A stretch of DNA of 64,000 nucleotides from Camelus ferus (GCF_009834535.1 NC_045698.1:4342001-4406000); one strand, 5' to 3'; counted from the first letter of the stretch, positions 25,810 to 39,922 are shown. The notes: generated from the sequence alone by a model not told the origin. Translations and numbers: made by a program.

Positions 25810-28800
25810 ATGAAATCCCTCGGGAATGTGTCTGGGCCTAGGTCTCATTCACAGCACTGAGAACTCAGGGGGCTGTTTCAATCTGAACATTTGTCCCTTA
25901 ATTCTAGAAAGTTCTCAGTCTCTTTTTTGTATAATTCCTTCCACTCTGTTTTCTTTAACTTCCATTAATCACAGGTTGGACCTTATACATTTTTCCTCCA
26001 GGTCTCTTATTTTTTCTTCTATATATTCTGTTTCTTCTGCTGTTATTCTCTTGCCTGGAAGATTTTCTCTATTTCATCTTCTGACCCTTCACTGATTTTT
26101 TTTTTTAATTCCAGCAATTATCTTTAATTCAACAGCTCTCTCTTACTCTGGGATTCCTCCCTTTTCTTGTAGAACCCTTTCTTGCTTAGCAGAAGCAGGG
26201 TATTCGCTCCATTTGCTTCGGTCTACTTCTTTTCCTTTTTCTTTCCTCTCCTATTTGCATGGCTTGTAACACTGACAGGGCTTTTCTCCTTGGCTGGTGC
26301 CTGCTTGCCCGTCCCCAGTGAAGTGCAAACCAGAGCTCAGCTGCCCATGGCTCTGTACACGTAGGTGGAGTGCCTGCACTTGGCTTAGCTGGGGATGGTG
26401 GGGATCAACTGTTATACTGGGGACCCTAAATTTAAGAAGGGAAAGGTGCTGCTTGGGAAGCAAGTTCCCACAGCCAGCTACCTGAGTCCCCCAAGACGTT
26501 TCCCTGAATGTCTTTAGAAAGTAATTCCACTTCGGGGAAGGGAGATGGATGGGTTTATGGAGATTGCTTGTGTTTACTGTTGTTATTATTGCTGTTTTTC
26601 TGGAAAATAAAATCCTGGGAAGGAGATGGTCTTCCTGCGAGACGGAGGAGTGTTTGATCTTTAGAAAAAAAGTACAGCACATCCAACCATATCAAAAATC
26701 CCTTAGCGTAAGGGACAAGGGAATCAAATCAGATTATTTCTGTGAAGCCAAAAAATCGGTGGAATCAAGTCCCAAGTGAAAACTGGTCTGGCCTTCTTGG
26801 TCAGGTTTCATAGAAGGCGAAGTTTCTGTGACATCCCTGATGAGAATGAACCACAGTGTGAAGATTTGGACCCAGCTGAGACAGAACTCTTCCCTCATGT
26901 CAAAATGGGGATGTGGTCTGTTCTCAGATGTAGGCTTCTGCCTCCCGTGGCTTTCCTATGCTTCTCTATAGCCACACGCCTCAAATTGTGTATGAAACCA
27001 GATAGCTTTTCTTGCTAGTTGATGAATCTTAAAGTCGGAAATGCCTTAGTCATCACTTAGTTTAAGATCTAATTTTAGAGACAAAGAAACCAAAGCCCAA
27101 GGAACTTTTTAAGATGAAATAACAAAGGGCACACAAGCAGCCGGTGGGGACAATAGAAGGAGGCACATGGGGTTGGAGTGAGAAGACCTGGGTTGGCTCC
27201 AGGTTTGCTAGTCTGCATTGGCCGACACATTGGCTGGGATATTTTTCTTGTTGGTTAACATGTGAACATGAGTCCTGGTAGCAGAAATTTGGGGTGTTCT
27301 AAACCCCAACAGACCCTGCAAAATATCAAAATTATCTGAGAAATGTAAGATTAGTATTCCAGATGGCCCTTCAAAGGACAGGGAAGACACACTGGTCACC
27401 TTTGCTTGAATTCATCCTAACCATTGTTGTCTGAATGTGTCGGTGAATTTTCAGAAACCAAATAGTCCTGCAATATTCTTCACGGAGCTCTCAGAGCCAG
27501 CCGAGAAGGGTCTGAAGTGGGTCAGGGATCTGAAAAATCATTATGTGTTAAGATTTCTAAGAGAACTTAGTGATGATCCGTTCTGAAGCCTTCATTTCAC
27601 GGGTGGAGAACAGAATATATAAGTAACTTGACCACATAAACACAGCAAGTTAAACAGCAGAGGCTGGAAGAACCAGGGACTTTTCCACTCATCTGCCACA
27701 TCACCAGCAGAATGCAATCCCATGGGCTGCAAGCCATGAGAACAGAGCTGTGTGGATAAATTCTGACACGTTCCCCAAGTCTGTTCATTTCAGAGACACA
27801 TGGACCATTATAAAAGGCAGGGGAATGTCAACGGTCAAGATAACCTCTGGGTGGTTAACTTTATATGGGAGACATGTGGCTGGATCCTAATGAATGATTT
27901 TTAGTATTATTTAGCATTTATTTAGTATATTGTAGTATTTAGTACTCTACAGTATATTTCCATGGGCATTTGTTCCACTAATAACTTTAAATTCTTGTTA
28001 ATTTCTAAATAAACGTTCCTCGGGATACAGAATCGCAATGGTAAGTATTTGTTTGCCAGACCAATTGGCACACACAGAAGGCCCTCCTTCCATCCATCCG
28101 GACCCTCCCCACTGTCCCAGTTTGACACAGGTGGTTCCAGGGCAGGACTGAGTTCGCTGAGAGTGATGGTAAGAGCTGCTGCTGCTGCTGCCAGTCCTCC
28201 GACTGTCCTGTCCGATTTATTTCTGCACAGCATCCTTAGGAAACAGCTGGATACGGTCGAACTCTGAGAGGGAAATTCCAAGAGATAAGAAAAGGAGCTT
28301 TGAGAATAACAGGGTTTGGGGTGGAGGTGGGGGTCCAGACCATCCAAGAGGCTATTTCTGAGGCCAGCAGAGGCCTGCTTCTCCCAGTACAAGTCGTGAA
28401 CACGTCACCGCCGCTGCTGTCTGCGCTGCAACACTCACCGCACCCTCGCTGGCGGCCTCACTGGGTCACCTGTCCTCTGCACTTCAGCTTCTCATTTTCG
28501 AAATGAGTCTCTGGGGTGAAGACCCAGGGTGGCCCCACCACCATTTTTCTCTGTCACAGATAAAAATTTTTTTTTCTCCATGGAATTTAGTTTGAACACA
28601 AGACATTTAAAATGTCCTCTCTGCTCTAGCAGCTGAGTTTTTAACTGAAGCCTGTGGAATTTTTTTTTAAACTCATTTCAGGTCTCACAAAGGTTAAAAT
28701 TTCAGCACGTCTTGGTGAGACATGCAGTAACAATGTTTTAGGAGCAGTAATGTTAACTTCAGCCTTTGTACAGCCCAGGGTCCTATTTTATCTTGAATCG

Positions 28801-29467
28801 TGATGTTGACATTGAATTATAAACACCAGAAGTATGAATACACGTGTCCGGTTATATAACACAGCTGGATAATCTTGTTTAAATAAGTAAGTGCAATTAA
28901 AAACCTCCGGCACGATCCACGGACACCCCTGTCAGTGCTTTGAAATTGACATGGTGACTTACTTTGGCGGCACAAGCACTGGAGAGCAGGGAATCTTGGT
29001 AATAAATCTGACTCCTCCTGGGCTGAATCCCGGTCAATAGATGGCCCACCTCAGTCGTCCTCAAGGTAGATAGTGTGATGGCTGAGTTACAGAAATACAA
29101 GGACATGACTCATTAACAACGCCTGCTCCCAGGGCTGGGCGTCCTCCCCTGAAGGTCACATAGCTCTGGTCACCTCACTTCGCAGCAAGGACACTACCAA
29201 AGAGGCAGTCTGGTCTCTGGCCTCCTGCCCCCTCACGATTCCAGGGGCCCCAGGAATGCCCATTCCAAGGCAAAAGCTCCCCTGGAAAAACACAGGTAAA
29301 ACCAAAGCCAGCTGCTCTGTGGGCAGTGACCTGATTCAACGTGACGCCCAATGGGCAAGGTCAGGCAGAAGCCAGTGGTGAGAGCAGAGCTGTGGCCTCC
29401 GTTCTTACTCTGCCTCTTGTAACTCTCTCCACCTTAATTTATTCTGTGTTTAAAGGAGGAAATAGGA

Positions 29468-29584
29468 AAAAAATATGAAAACGAATATACGTGTATTTGT
29501 GTATGACTGGGACATTGTGCTGTACACCAGAGACTGACACTTTGTAATGACTGTACTTCAGTTTTTAAAAATGTGCACAAAATA
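29468..29584 (+). mobile_element. 117-bp L1 3' end with 16-bp TSD
   Basis: TSD aaaggaggaaatagga at 29452-29467 and 29585-29600; TTT/AAAG site; tgtgctgtacaccaga motif. Confidence 0.85.
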
Positions 29585-31299
29585 AAAGGAGGAAATAGGA
29601 TCCAAACAGAAAAGAATATTTATTTGCATATCAGCCCAGAAGACTCTTGGGAATGAGCCAGTGGTCATAGGGAGAAAGGTATGTGGTTTTGGGTGAAGGA
29701 TGAATACGATTCCAAACACAGGTCTCCTGCGCTCCCACGCACGGCCTGCCAGCCAGGGAGCCCGGTGCGGCCCCACACCCTCTGCCCACAGCATCGCAGG
29801 GCCGCCAGCCACTCTGCTCAAAGGCTTCCAGGACAAAGCGAGGATGTGCTGGGGACAGCAGCAGAGGAACGAGTCAGCTCCTTGATTGAGCGGGACAAGG
29901 TCATAATAAAGGGACCCTAGAGATGAAATAAGTAAGCCCTCAGACCCTCGAACTTCAGACACTGGGCAGGTCTTCCTGAGAAGTTCACTTCTCCTCCTGC
30001 ATCCAGGGGTCCCTTCGAGGATCTCACACGGCCATGTCTAGAAGAGATCCTTCTCAATGTTCCAGTTCCAGAGCCACCTGACTTGAGAAAAACATCAGGC
30101 CCGACCAGCAGGACAGATCAACCCGGCGTGAACACAGCCACCATGGGGGTTTCTTTATGATCATGGTGGGACCATGGGACGCCCACGACATCACCATCAG
30201 CTGAAGGCACAAATCCTGCCTCCTCCCTTGGGTCATCACCACCTGGCCACAAGTCCTGGGCTGACCTTCCCACTTAATTGCCAACCTTGCTGCCTTTTTG
30301 CCTCCAAGAGAGAAAGGGCACGGCCAAGACCATGTGGATCCCGTGGGGGTAAAAAGGGCTTCCTCGCCTGTGCAGAGATTCAATAATAAGCCAATATCAT
30401 GAGTAAAAGCTGCTGTATTGAAGGATTTTAAATCAGAGAAATAAAACCCTAAGCTCCCTGGGCAGAGGTCCATTAGTAACTTCCAGACCCCAGTCCATTT
30501 TTTTTTGTTGTTGTTGTTTTGAGAACACTGATGATACCCCCATGCAAAAACCTAATAGGGAAAAATGCACCTAAAAAGATTGGGTTCTCAGCGAGATTGT
30601 TCACAGCATGGATAACCGAAATGATTGATAAAGACACAAAGTCGAGCTGAACTGTCACACCCTCGCCCCCAGACACGGATAGTCTTTAAAGACAGAAGGC
30701 TCTGTTAGCAAGTGCTCTCAAGAGTAAATGATTTCTACAAGCAGGGGTTTGACACCTAAGAGGAGTTTAACAATAGTCGGTGACAGGTAAGTTTGAATGT
30801 GCAGAATTGGGAAAGATAACATTTCTCCACTGTTTCTTTAATTATAGCTTTGAAAGAGGAGGTTGTCAGTTCCACCCTCATTCAGGAAACTGTCTTGTGA
30901 CATCTCCGTTAATTACGACTGTCTGTGTGTTGTCAGGGAGGCTCCCAGTTTCCCAGCCCTGCCATAGATCTCACGCTGGGGCAGAACCTTACGCCATGGG
31001 GTTGTCAGTGCAGTTCTCCAAAAGAGGGTGAGGTCGGTGGGCCATCCGCTTGGACTCCCACAGCCCTGCTCTTGCCTTTGACAAGAGCACGGCCACGGTG
31101 TGTCCATAGCACAAGCCCGCTGGGAACCAAGTACCGACATCTGTCGTGGCCATTTAGATCTTTGAACAAGAACTGATGCTTGAGCCACTGCTGTTTTTAT
31201 CACCTGTTGTCTGCTAAGGGATAAGTTCGGGGAACATTTGGACCCAGCACTCATAAAAGCTTTGCTCAGGAAGGATGTCAAAAGATCCATGTAAATACT

Positions 31300-32700
31300 C
31301 CCTCCTCCAATAGGTGGAGCCTAACATTACGCCTGCCCCACCTAAGTGTGGGCTCGACTCCATAACTTGATTCCAAAAGACAGAGCATGGAAATGGGAGA
31401 GAATTACAGTAGCCAAAGCTGGCAGACTCCACTCCAAAAGGCCAAGGTTATTATCATGCCCAGGGATGCCACGTCCTCATCAGGTGCTCCGACGCCATGC
31501 AGTGCCGGGGACCTGCGCCTTTCTAGTAAACTTTCCCCCAAAATTCCCTGTACAAACATGAGGAAAACCTCCAAGAAGCCAAACTGAGGGACATTCTACA
31601 AAACACCTGAGCAGCATTCCTCAGAACTGTGCAGGTCACCACCAATAACAAGGAAAGACTGAGAATCCATCAGAGACTGGAGAAACCTGAGGAGACACAG
31701 CAGCTAAATGCAGTGTGCACCCCTGGCTGGGATCCTGGACCAAAAAAGGGCATGAGTGGGGAAACTAGAAAAGCCAGCATCTGAGGTCTGTTAATAGTCA
31801 CACAGCAGCATTGGCCTTAGTCCTTGCAGTGGCACCATGGTCATGCAGGGCGCGGACATCCAGGGACACTAGGGAAAGCGTACATGGGAACCTGGCTGGG
31901 GCCAGGCATAGGTGGGCAAGGCACCTGGGTGCAAATTTAGGGAGGCACCCACGCTCTTACCCAGCCAAGCTTGGGTCTGCTTGTCCTGTGCAATAAAGAC
32001 AATCTACTGACTCTGGGTTGTGATGAAGGAAAGTGCAGCATTTATTGCAGGGCACCAAGCAAGGAGTCCAGGCAGCTGGTGCTTCAAAGACCTGAACTCC
32101 TTGAAGGCTTTCAGGGAAAGGTTTTTGAAACAGTGAAGGGGAGGGCTGTGGGGTGTGTGATCAGCTCGTGGACATTCTTCTGATTGGCTGGTGGTGAGGT
32201 CATCGGGAGTCAACATCATCAACCTCCTGGTTCCAACCTATCTGGGGTCTCCGTGCTTGTGGGCAGCGCACAGTTAACATCTTCTAGTGGGAATTTCAGT
32301 GTCTGCAAAACAGCTCAAAGCATATGGCTCAGAATATTATCTATAGCCCTTGAGGAAAAACCAAAAGTCCTTGACTTTGTTTAATGGCTAAACTATTATT
32401 ATTTTGTCTTGCTTGACTGTTTTCGTTTCTTTCTGCATTTTTTTTTTCAAGTCTCTGATTAAATGTACTCTTTGGAACTCAGGGAAGCCTAGGAGACTAA
32501 AGTTTTTCTGCAGACAAGAGGCAGGTGGGGCGGGGCTGGGGAGTCAGTTCCAGGAAGGCTTCATCCCGTCCTGCTTGGTTACAGCTCTCAGGGTCTTGCA
32601 CATACCATGTGTGACCCCGTGTAGAAACACTCTGTGCTATCTTTGCAACTTTTCTATAAACCTAGAATTACTCCAAAATAAAAAGTTTATGAAAAAAAAA
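31300..32700 (+). mobile_element. Old L1MC-type 3' end split by an LTR insertion
   Basis: ccaaactgagggacattctacaaaa, aacaaggaaagactgagaa, ggatcctggac; resumes as ctatctttgcaacttttctataaacctagaattactccaaaataaaaagtt. Confidence 0.65.
31955..32583 (-). mobile_element. ERV1-like solo LTR
   Basis: LTR-type sequence (tttattgcagggcaccaagcaaggagt, ttctgattggctggtggtgagg, ...gcttggttaca end); possible gctc TSD (31953-31956, 32584-32587). Confidence 0.65.
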
Positions 32701-34884
32701 GGCCCTGTTTGGACTCCTTCAGTATCCCTGTTAGAACATGGGACACAAATGTTCTTGGCAAGGGAAAGGGGGAATCTGGCACAGTGACCAGCTGGAGTCC
32801 ACTCCAAGCCAAGCCTGTGTGGGCAGGGCTCAGCCTACGACACCTGCCATGCAGGTACCAGCAGACAGTGACACTAGGCAGTCCCAGAAACCCATAATAG
32901 TCAAGCAGGAGCTCCCCACCTAGGTATCCATGTTTAACAATACCCCAAAACACCTTAACTCAGAGCTTTATAAACCCAGAGAATCTGTTGAGGATGTTGG
33001 TCTACATGCCATTGGAAGTGTATTAATGGGCGATGCTTAGAGCTCATAACCAACGGGCATGATGCACTGTGGATTCTGATGCGAGTCCTCAAAGAATTAC
33101 CCAGAGCCCGAGATCAGGATGGACAGCATCCTGCTGGGTCCAGACTTGTGAGCTCTGTGTCACTCTGGTCGCACAGAGTCCGGACTGCTCAGTGGCACCC
33201 TGTGCCTGGGGAACATGGGCACTTTCAGCCTGCTTTGCTTAGGAACCAGGATGAGGAACACACGGCATTACAAGTCTCTCTCCCACCTTCTATGTCCTTG
33301 GTCCCTCTGAAAGGACGATATTTTCATCAGCTTTATCCTTGATAGTTGAAACCAGGCGTGAGGTGGGAAGGAGAGAGGGAGGGAAGGAGGAGATTTAAAT
33401 TCTTTCAGGGAGGAGAATCACTTCCTACTTGAACTGAGAGCTAAAAAAAGTTCTCCCATTTGTGCAGTGCCACGTAACTTCCGGTGCCACCCACAAAACA
33501 CCCACGCGGAACACTCACATGCCAGACCCTCCTCCTCCACTGCCCAGCACCAGGGGAGAGCTGCGGGGAGTGGACCGCCCCCGGAAGCGGCCGATGCTGA
33601 TGTGGACGTGCATACAACAATGACCAAATAAGCATTTTTTAAATTGACAAGGTGAAAAAAATTTAGGATTGGGGAATCTTGCCAGAGGAAGAGATGAATG
33701 TCAGTGAGGAGAAAAAACACTGAATAAACCCAAAATATGTTTTAAGGAAACCCTGAAATGTCTTCTGCATAATATTATCTCCCTCCGCTAGAACTGCCAA
33801 TTTTTCAGTTTTTTCACTATTTTTATTTTCTTGAGGAATGATCATTTTTATAAATAGCTTTCTGAATGTCAAAGCCACCGTTGAATAATTTCTCTCTCCT
33901 TCTTATCCTGAATTACTTAATCTTTGCTGAATTTTTGGGCATGTCTAAAGGGTTGGGGGGAAGGAGTCACTGATGGCTGGAGGTGGTCATCTCTTCTGTG
34001 TCCTGTTGGCTTTGGCCATTCCACAGTCACAGCCCTTAACCAAGGTCAGGTAAGACTGATCGAAACCACCAAGGAGCCACTACCCAGGGGCCACGGGAGT
34101 GCTTCTTCTGTAGCCACAGTACGACTGTGACTCCGTTCCTCAAGCAGTGGAGACACTGCCCCTACATCTGTCCACTGAGATGATCTGGGATCCTTTGCTG
34201 GGGCTGCAGAAGCAGCCTGCAGCCAGGAGGAAGACCAAGAGATTTAGCTCGACCTACAAGGTGGTTCTGCAAGGGCGTGCCCACCGCATCAGCGTCACCT
34301 GGGACAGAGAGCGAGATGCACCGGCTGAATCAGGAACTTGGGTGGGGGAGGGGCAGTGACCGTGAGTAAACGCACCCTCGGGGGTCACTCGGTTGCACCC
34401 TGAAGGATGAGGACCCCTCGTCTACAACCCTGGTTCTCAAACCTGGCTGTACATTTGAAAAAACCAAAACGGGCATCTCTGTGGAGTCCACGGTCCACTG
34501 ACATGAGTCATGGTGCGAACACTGGGGTTTTCTTCGGGTGGTTCTGATGGGCAGCAACGCTGGGGGACTGCTGGTCAGTGAGCCCAGGCCCTGCCCTGCC
34601 TCACACGCCCGTGGAAGCCTGCAGTGTCTTCCAGGCCCACGACACCCATTTTCCTCCGAAGGCTGTTCTAGAACAGGGTATAGTGTTCTGCTTGCACAGT
34701 AAACCGTCAGAGGAGGTCTCAGAGATTTTCACTGAATCGTTTTTACATGTTTCAAATGATCCTTCCTCAGGTAATTCTATTGTGCAACCATGGTTAAGAA
34801 TCAAGGGTTGAGAATCCATGACCTCATCTCCTTGGGGTGGGATTTCTCCTCTCCCAGCCAGACTTTGCGTTATCTCAGAAAGGG

Positions 34885-35625
34885 GCTTGGGTGGGGTGAT
34901 CCTCTGATTTATAAGCAATATATACTCAGTCTTTGCCCCTGGTTCAGCACAGAGATCCTAAAAACCTTGGAATTTCCTGCATCTTGTGTTATGTTAATGA
35001 GGTAACTTTTGGAAATTACCTAAGATGAAGGCTGGTTGCCAGGGGCCCCAACCTTGCGTTTTAAAGTGATGGAACTTCTAGTCACACCCCCAACCCCTGG
35101 GGAGCAGAGGGGGCCAGAGACTAAATGATTTCATCGATCATTCCTATGTAGTGAAGCCTCTATTAAAAACCCAAAACGGCTGGGTTGGAAGAGCTTCTGT
35201 GTCGGTAAACCTGTGAAGATGCAGGGAAAGGGGCGGGCTCAGAGGACAGGGATGCCCCAAGCCCCTCCCCTACACCCTGAACATGTCTTCCATCTGGCTC
35301 TGCCTGAGTTACAGTCTGTTCTAATAAACCGGTGATGTAAGGCAAATGTTTCTTTGAGTTCTGTGAGCCACTCTAGCAAATCAATCAAACCCAACAGAGG
35401 GGGCGGGGGTCACTGGAACCTCCAATCGATAGCCAGTAGGTCAGAAGCACAGGTGATCGGCATCTCAAGGGACAGGGGGTGGGGGTGTCGGTCTTGTAGG
35501 ACTAAGCCCTTAACCCGTGGCATCTGACGCTGCCTCCAGGTAGACAGCTCTGCAGTTGAATCGAATTGCAGGACACCAAGCTGGTGATGCAGAACTCCTT
35601 GGTAGTGCAGGGCGCTCCGCACATT
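34885..35625 (+). mobile_element. MER21-like LTR
   Basis: cacagagatcctaaaaaccttggaatttcctg, taataaaccggt, tgagttctgtgagccactctagcaaat, gagccc/aagcccttaacc..tggcatctgacgct. Confidence 0.65.
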
Positions 35626-36780
35626 AGAAGGAGACAATTGTCAGGTGGGAACTCCCACCAGGACACACCGGGTAAAAGTACCGTTTACTCTTCATAGTAT
35701 TTTGAGATGGTCTGGGTCTCAGTTTTTCACAAACCACTCCTCTTGAGGGACATTTTAGATGAGCTTTGGGTTCCTGCACCTGTCCTGGAACCCTGGGTCA
35801 TAGAAAACCAAGGACCCCTGTGAGATCATCTCCTGGGACATCAGCCTTCTGGGCTACCCCTCCTGCAAAACCCTTTCATTCGTGGCATCCTTTCTTCTAT
35901 AAGGAGAGGAGAAAGGTTCATCTCTTCCCCTTTAATGATCCCTGTTTGTGTTCATGGGTATCCTTAATTAGGGCAATTTTATTAAGATCCTTTAAATAAA
36001 TAATCTCAAATTTCATTTGAACATAACCATTTCACTGTAATTGAAGCGCCCTGGTAGATGTGAATCGCCTAGAGGAAATCAAGGCCCCATTTAAATTTCT
36101 AAAACAAGTGTGCAAATTCCTACTTAAAAGCATCTCTGCTCAAGTGTCACTTCCTCCAGGAAGCCCTCTCTGAGCTCCCCCAAAGTACTCAAAGCTCCCG
36201 GTCAAAGGCCTCCTGACTTTGTAGACCTTTCTCCCTGTCACTCAGCATCCTAAGCCATGGATCCCCAGGCGACTGACTCCTCTGTCAGGTGGGCGGTTCT
36301 CTCTTGCTTCCCTGGGGCTTGGCCCAGTGACTGGCAGAGGCGTCAAGGAAACAGAGAGCTCCTCCTCCTACTCCAAGAGTGTGTATTCTTCCTCCCATCT
36401 CGGCAGCCTCCTGCTCCAAATGAGCAAGGTGCACTGCACACGAAATCAGGAGGGATGCGGGAAATTCATCACCTGTCAGAGAAGCACAAAACCAGGAGCC
36501 GGAGGGATGCGGGCACTTCGGGAGGGCCGGCAGCACAGCCAGCAGAGCCACTCTGTTCGGGTTCAGTCCATTTTGGGTTGCGATCGCTCGAGATGATCAA
36601 CCACAAAGCAGGGGACATGCCACAATGTGGGAGGTCAGAAAGCACCCCAAGACATTAATAAATGCTACCATGGGGTGGTGGGCACCCAAAAGAGCAGACC
36701 TTATTTAAAGCTCTTTCTCTGGATTCCCTGTGATTGATTGTATCCTGGAAACTTCTGGACAGAATGACAATCTCAGCACC

Positions 36781-37162
36781 TGTCCTGGACTGACTTGTAT
36801 CCCCCAAAACTCATAGGTTGAAGACCCAGCTCCCTGATGTGACTGTATTCGGAGGCGGGGCCTTTAAGGAGGTGATTAGGGTTAAATGAGGTCATAAAGG
36901 TTGGGTCCTAATTCAGTGGGACTGGTGTCCTCACTAAAAGAAAAGAGACACCAGAGATCTCTCTCTGAGCACACACAGAAAAGGCCTTGTGAGGATGCGG
37001 TGAGGACATGACCACCTCAGGCTAAGGCACGCGGTCTCACCAACGCTCACGGTCAAACTTGACCTCGACCTCCGACTTCCAGCCTCCAGGACTGTGAGCA
37101 AATAAATTTCTGTGGTTTCAGCTGCCTTGTCTGTGTTTTTCTGCAGCCTGAGCAAATGAATA
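36781..37162 (+). mobile_element. MLT1 (MaLR) solo LTR
   Basis: tgtcctggactgacttgtatccccc, ggcctttaaggaggtgattagggttaaatgaggtcataa, gacttccagcctccaggactgtgagcaaataaatttctgt. Confidence 0.85.
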
Positions 37163-37394
37163 TAGTGCTATTCCTATCTGCTTCATCAATAACTCTGTGT
37201 TTGATTTCAGCGTGTAAACCTGAGAAAAGAACAAGATGACTGGCTTCAGAAAGTGGAACTGTCCAGAGGTCCAGTGTGTGCTTGGTGTCCTCAGTGCTCC
37301 AGGGTGAGATGTGTGTATTAGCAGCTCAGAGCTCACTCACATTTGGCCTTAAGTCTTTAGTCTGTTCATCATCCTTTACCCTCTTTCTATAACC

Positions 37395-37602
37395 CAGAGT
37401 TTCACAGCTGGGGACAGTGTTGTCGCCCCACAGGGTCGCTAGGCAGTGTCTGGAGACGCTTTGGGTTGTCACAACCGAGGGAGGGTGCTGCTGGCATCCA
37501 GTGGCCAGGGGACTGGGGTGCTACAAAACGTCCTATAACTCACGGGGCAGCCCCTCAAAGAACGACCCCACCCCGAGGTCGATCGTGCTGAGGCTGAGAA
37601 AC
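37395..37602. mobile_element. MER20 (hAT-Charlie) DNA transposon remnant
   Basis: ggcagtgtctggagacgctttgggttgtcacaac..gtgctgctggcatccagtgg..gtgctgaggctgagaaacc. Confidence 0.7.
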
Positions 37603-38384
37603 CTACCTGAATTCCCCACAGGTTCAGGTTCTAAGTTGTCACAATGTTTTCAGGCCCCAAATTCATTCAACCAAACCAATCATCATTAGCTGAAGTATGT
37701 AAATAATCACGAGACCAGAAGAAAGTCATGAGACAATGGGAAGGAGATAAGTAACCATTAACTTTCCAGTCAACAGTGATTGAAATTGAACAAGCCATCT
37801 TATCACGTTTTAGTGCAAATAAAATACTAGGCACTGAGTGAGACGAGTGTTCTGACCTCGCTGACTCTCACTTTGGCATGTTTTCTGACAAGTCTCACAT
37901 TAACCACGGTGGCGAAAGCCATGTGACATTTGCCCTCTAAATCCGAGGTCAGCCGATGGAAAGGTGTGTAATCACACCTGCAGGAGACCGAGCTGACCCT
38001 CCTGCACGTGTTCCCAGCTTCACATTTTGCAATTTAGTAACGCCTCATATAATTGTACATTGTCACAGCAGGTGACGTCACAGCCGTGCTCAAAACGCCT
38101 GTCTGCGGGCGGTTTTCAGTGGCCCTGCGGTGCCCAGATGCTTTCCCAACCTTCAGTATGTTCTCGTCTTTCTATAGATCTGACTAATAAAAATAGAGAA
38201 AGAAACAGCAAGGCAGCTGCTAAAAGGGTCTCTTTACCTTGACCGGTGCCGGAGTGCCGAGGCGGTGGTGGAAGGGTACTTACCTTGCCCTGAGCACCCT
38301 GTGGCTGGCACTGCGGAAACAGTCCCCACCGTGGGTAACATATGTGGACTGATCCCTGCTTTTGTGATGCCCCAACCAACCTGT

Positions 38385-38790
38385 CTCTGAGTTTCCTGGG
38401 GCTGCTGTGGCAAAGCACCAAACACTGGGAGGCTTAAACAGCAGAAATATATTGCTCACCAGGCTGGAGGTCATACGTCCTGGATCAAGGTGTGGACAGG
38501 GCCGTGCTCCATCTGAAGGCAGCAGGGAAGCATCCGCTCTAGGCTCCTCCCCAGGACGTGCAAAGTGGTCACCTTCTCCCTCTGTGCATGCCTGTCTCCG
38601 GGTCCAGGTTTCCCCTTTTATGAAGACTCCAGTCATACTGGATCAGAGCTCACGCTAATGACCTCAGGCCATGGACTGATGTTTGCCCCGAAACTCCTGT
38701 GCTGAAGCTGAAATCCTCAAAGGGATGGTATCAGGAGAGGGGGGCCTTTGGAAGGTAGTTGGGTCATGTGGGTGGAGCCCTCCAGACTCT
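38385..38790 (-). mobile_element. MLT1 LTR fragment(s); a second fragment in the opposite orientation follows from ~38670
   Basis: gggctgctgtggcaaagcaccaaacactgggaggcttaaacagcagaaat; tccagtcatactggat; ggggcctttggaaggtagttgggtcatg. Confidence 0.65.
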
Positions 38791-39187
38791 GAAGCATGTG
38801 CCTGAGGTCAACATTCCAGGTGACATCATCGTTTCTTTCTGCCCTGTTTTGTCACGGTCACCTGCCCTGCCCCCACCTCCCAGTCAAGCCACAAGGTGAC
38901 TTAGAAAACAGGCTGTGTGCTTTGCCCCGCAAATCAAGACATTCATATCCTGCCAATTTAAATTCTGTCCCTGACGTAATACCACATTGACAAATGGGAA
39001 GTCGCTGCCTTGGAAACTGGAATGTGTTTCATGGGACAGAGGGCTCGTGATGGTTGGAAGATTAATATAACAACGGCCCCCTCCCGGGCCCCAACTGTGT
39101 TCACCATCATCTCACCTCTTTCTTCCTCTCTCATTCATTGTTTGCCACCTTCCTTACAAACGTGCTGTTCTGTGTTTCCTCACCTTC

Positions 39188-39922
39188 TGTTAGGGGCTGA
39201 ATTGTGTCCCCAGAAAAGATGGGCTGGAGTCCTAACCCCAGCACCTGTGAACGTGGCCTTATTTGTGAAGAGGCTCCTTTTTTTTTAATTGGAATACAGT
39301 CAGTTACCATGTGGCAGGTTCTGGTGTACAGCAGCATAATGCCCAGTCATGCATACATACACATACATTCATTTTCATATTCTTTTTCATTAAAGGTTAT
39401 TACAAGATATTGACTATTACTCCCTGTGCTCTACAGAAGAAATATTTTTATCTATTTTTATATATAGTGGTTATCATTTGTAAATGTCAAACTGCCAAAT
39501 TTATCCCTTCCCACCCCCTTTCCCCTGGTAACTATAAGATTGTTTACAATGGTTGCAAGTCTGTTTTATAGATGCAATTACATAAAGAAGAAGCCATTAG
39601 GGTGAGTCCTAACCCAAAGCGTAGTGTCCTTATAAGAAAAGGACATGCCGTGTGAAGACAGAGCCACACAGGGAGGTCACCTGGGATGACAGAGGCAGTG
39701 ATGTCCTTGCAACCCCAGGAATGTCACGCACAGACTGCCAGGAGCCACCAAAAGCTGAGAGGAGGCCAGGAAGCATTCTCCTAAAACCTCAGAGGGAGCA
39801 CAGCCCTGTCAACACCTGGCTTTCAGCTGTCTGCCATCCAGAACTGCGAGAGAGTGAATTTCTGTTGTTTTGAGCCGCCCAGTTTGTGGCACTTTGTCAC
39901 AGCAGCTTCAGGAAGTAATACT
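39188..39922 (+). mobile_element. MLT1 LTR interrupted by an antisense L1 3' end
   Basis: tgttaggggctgaattgtgtcccc start; gtgtccttataagaa; ccagaactgcgagagagtgaatttctgttgttttgagcc. Confidence 0.8.
39278..39574 (-). mobile_element. Lineage-specific L1 3' end (~300 bp)
   Basis: Poly-T, then near-identity by eye to the 25260-25545 copy (tacagtcagttac, ttctggtgtacagc, attaaaggttattacaagatattga). Confidence 0.85.

Noticed and set aside
28175..28192. (GCT)n triplet run
   Set aside because: Only ~5 units and not in a supported exon
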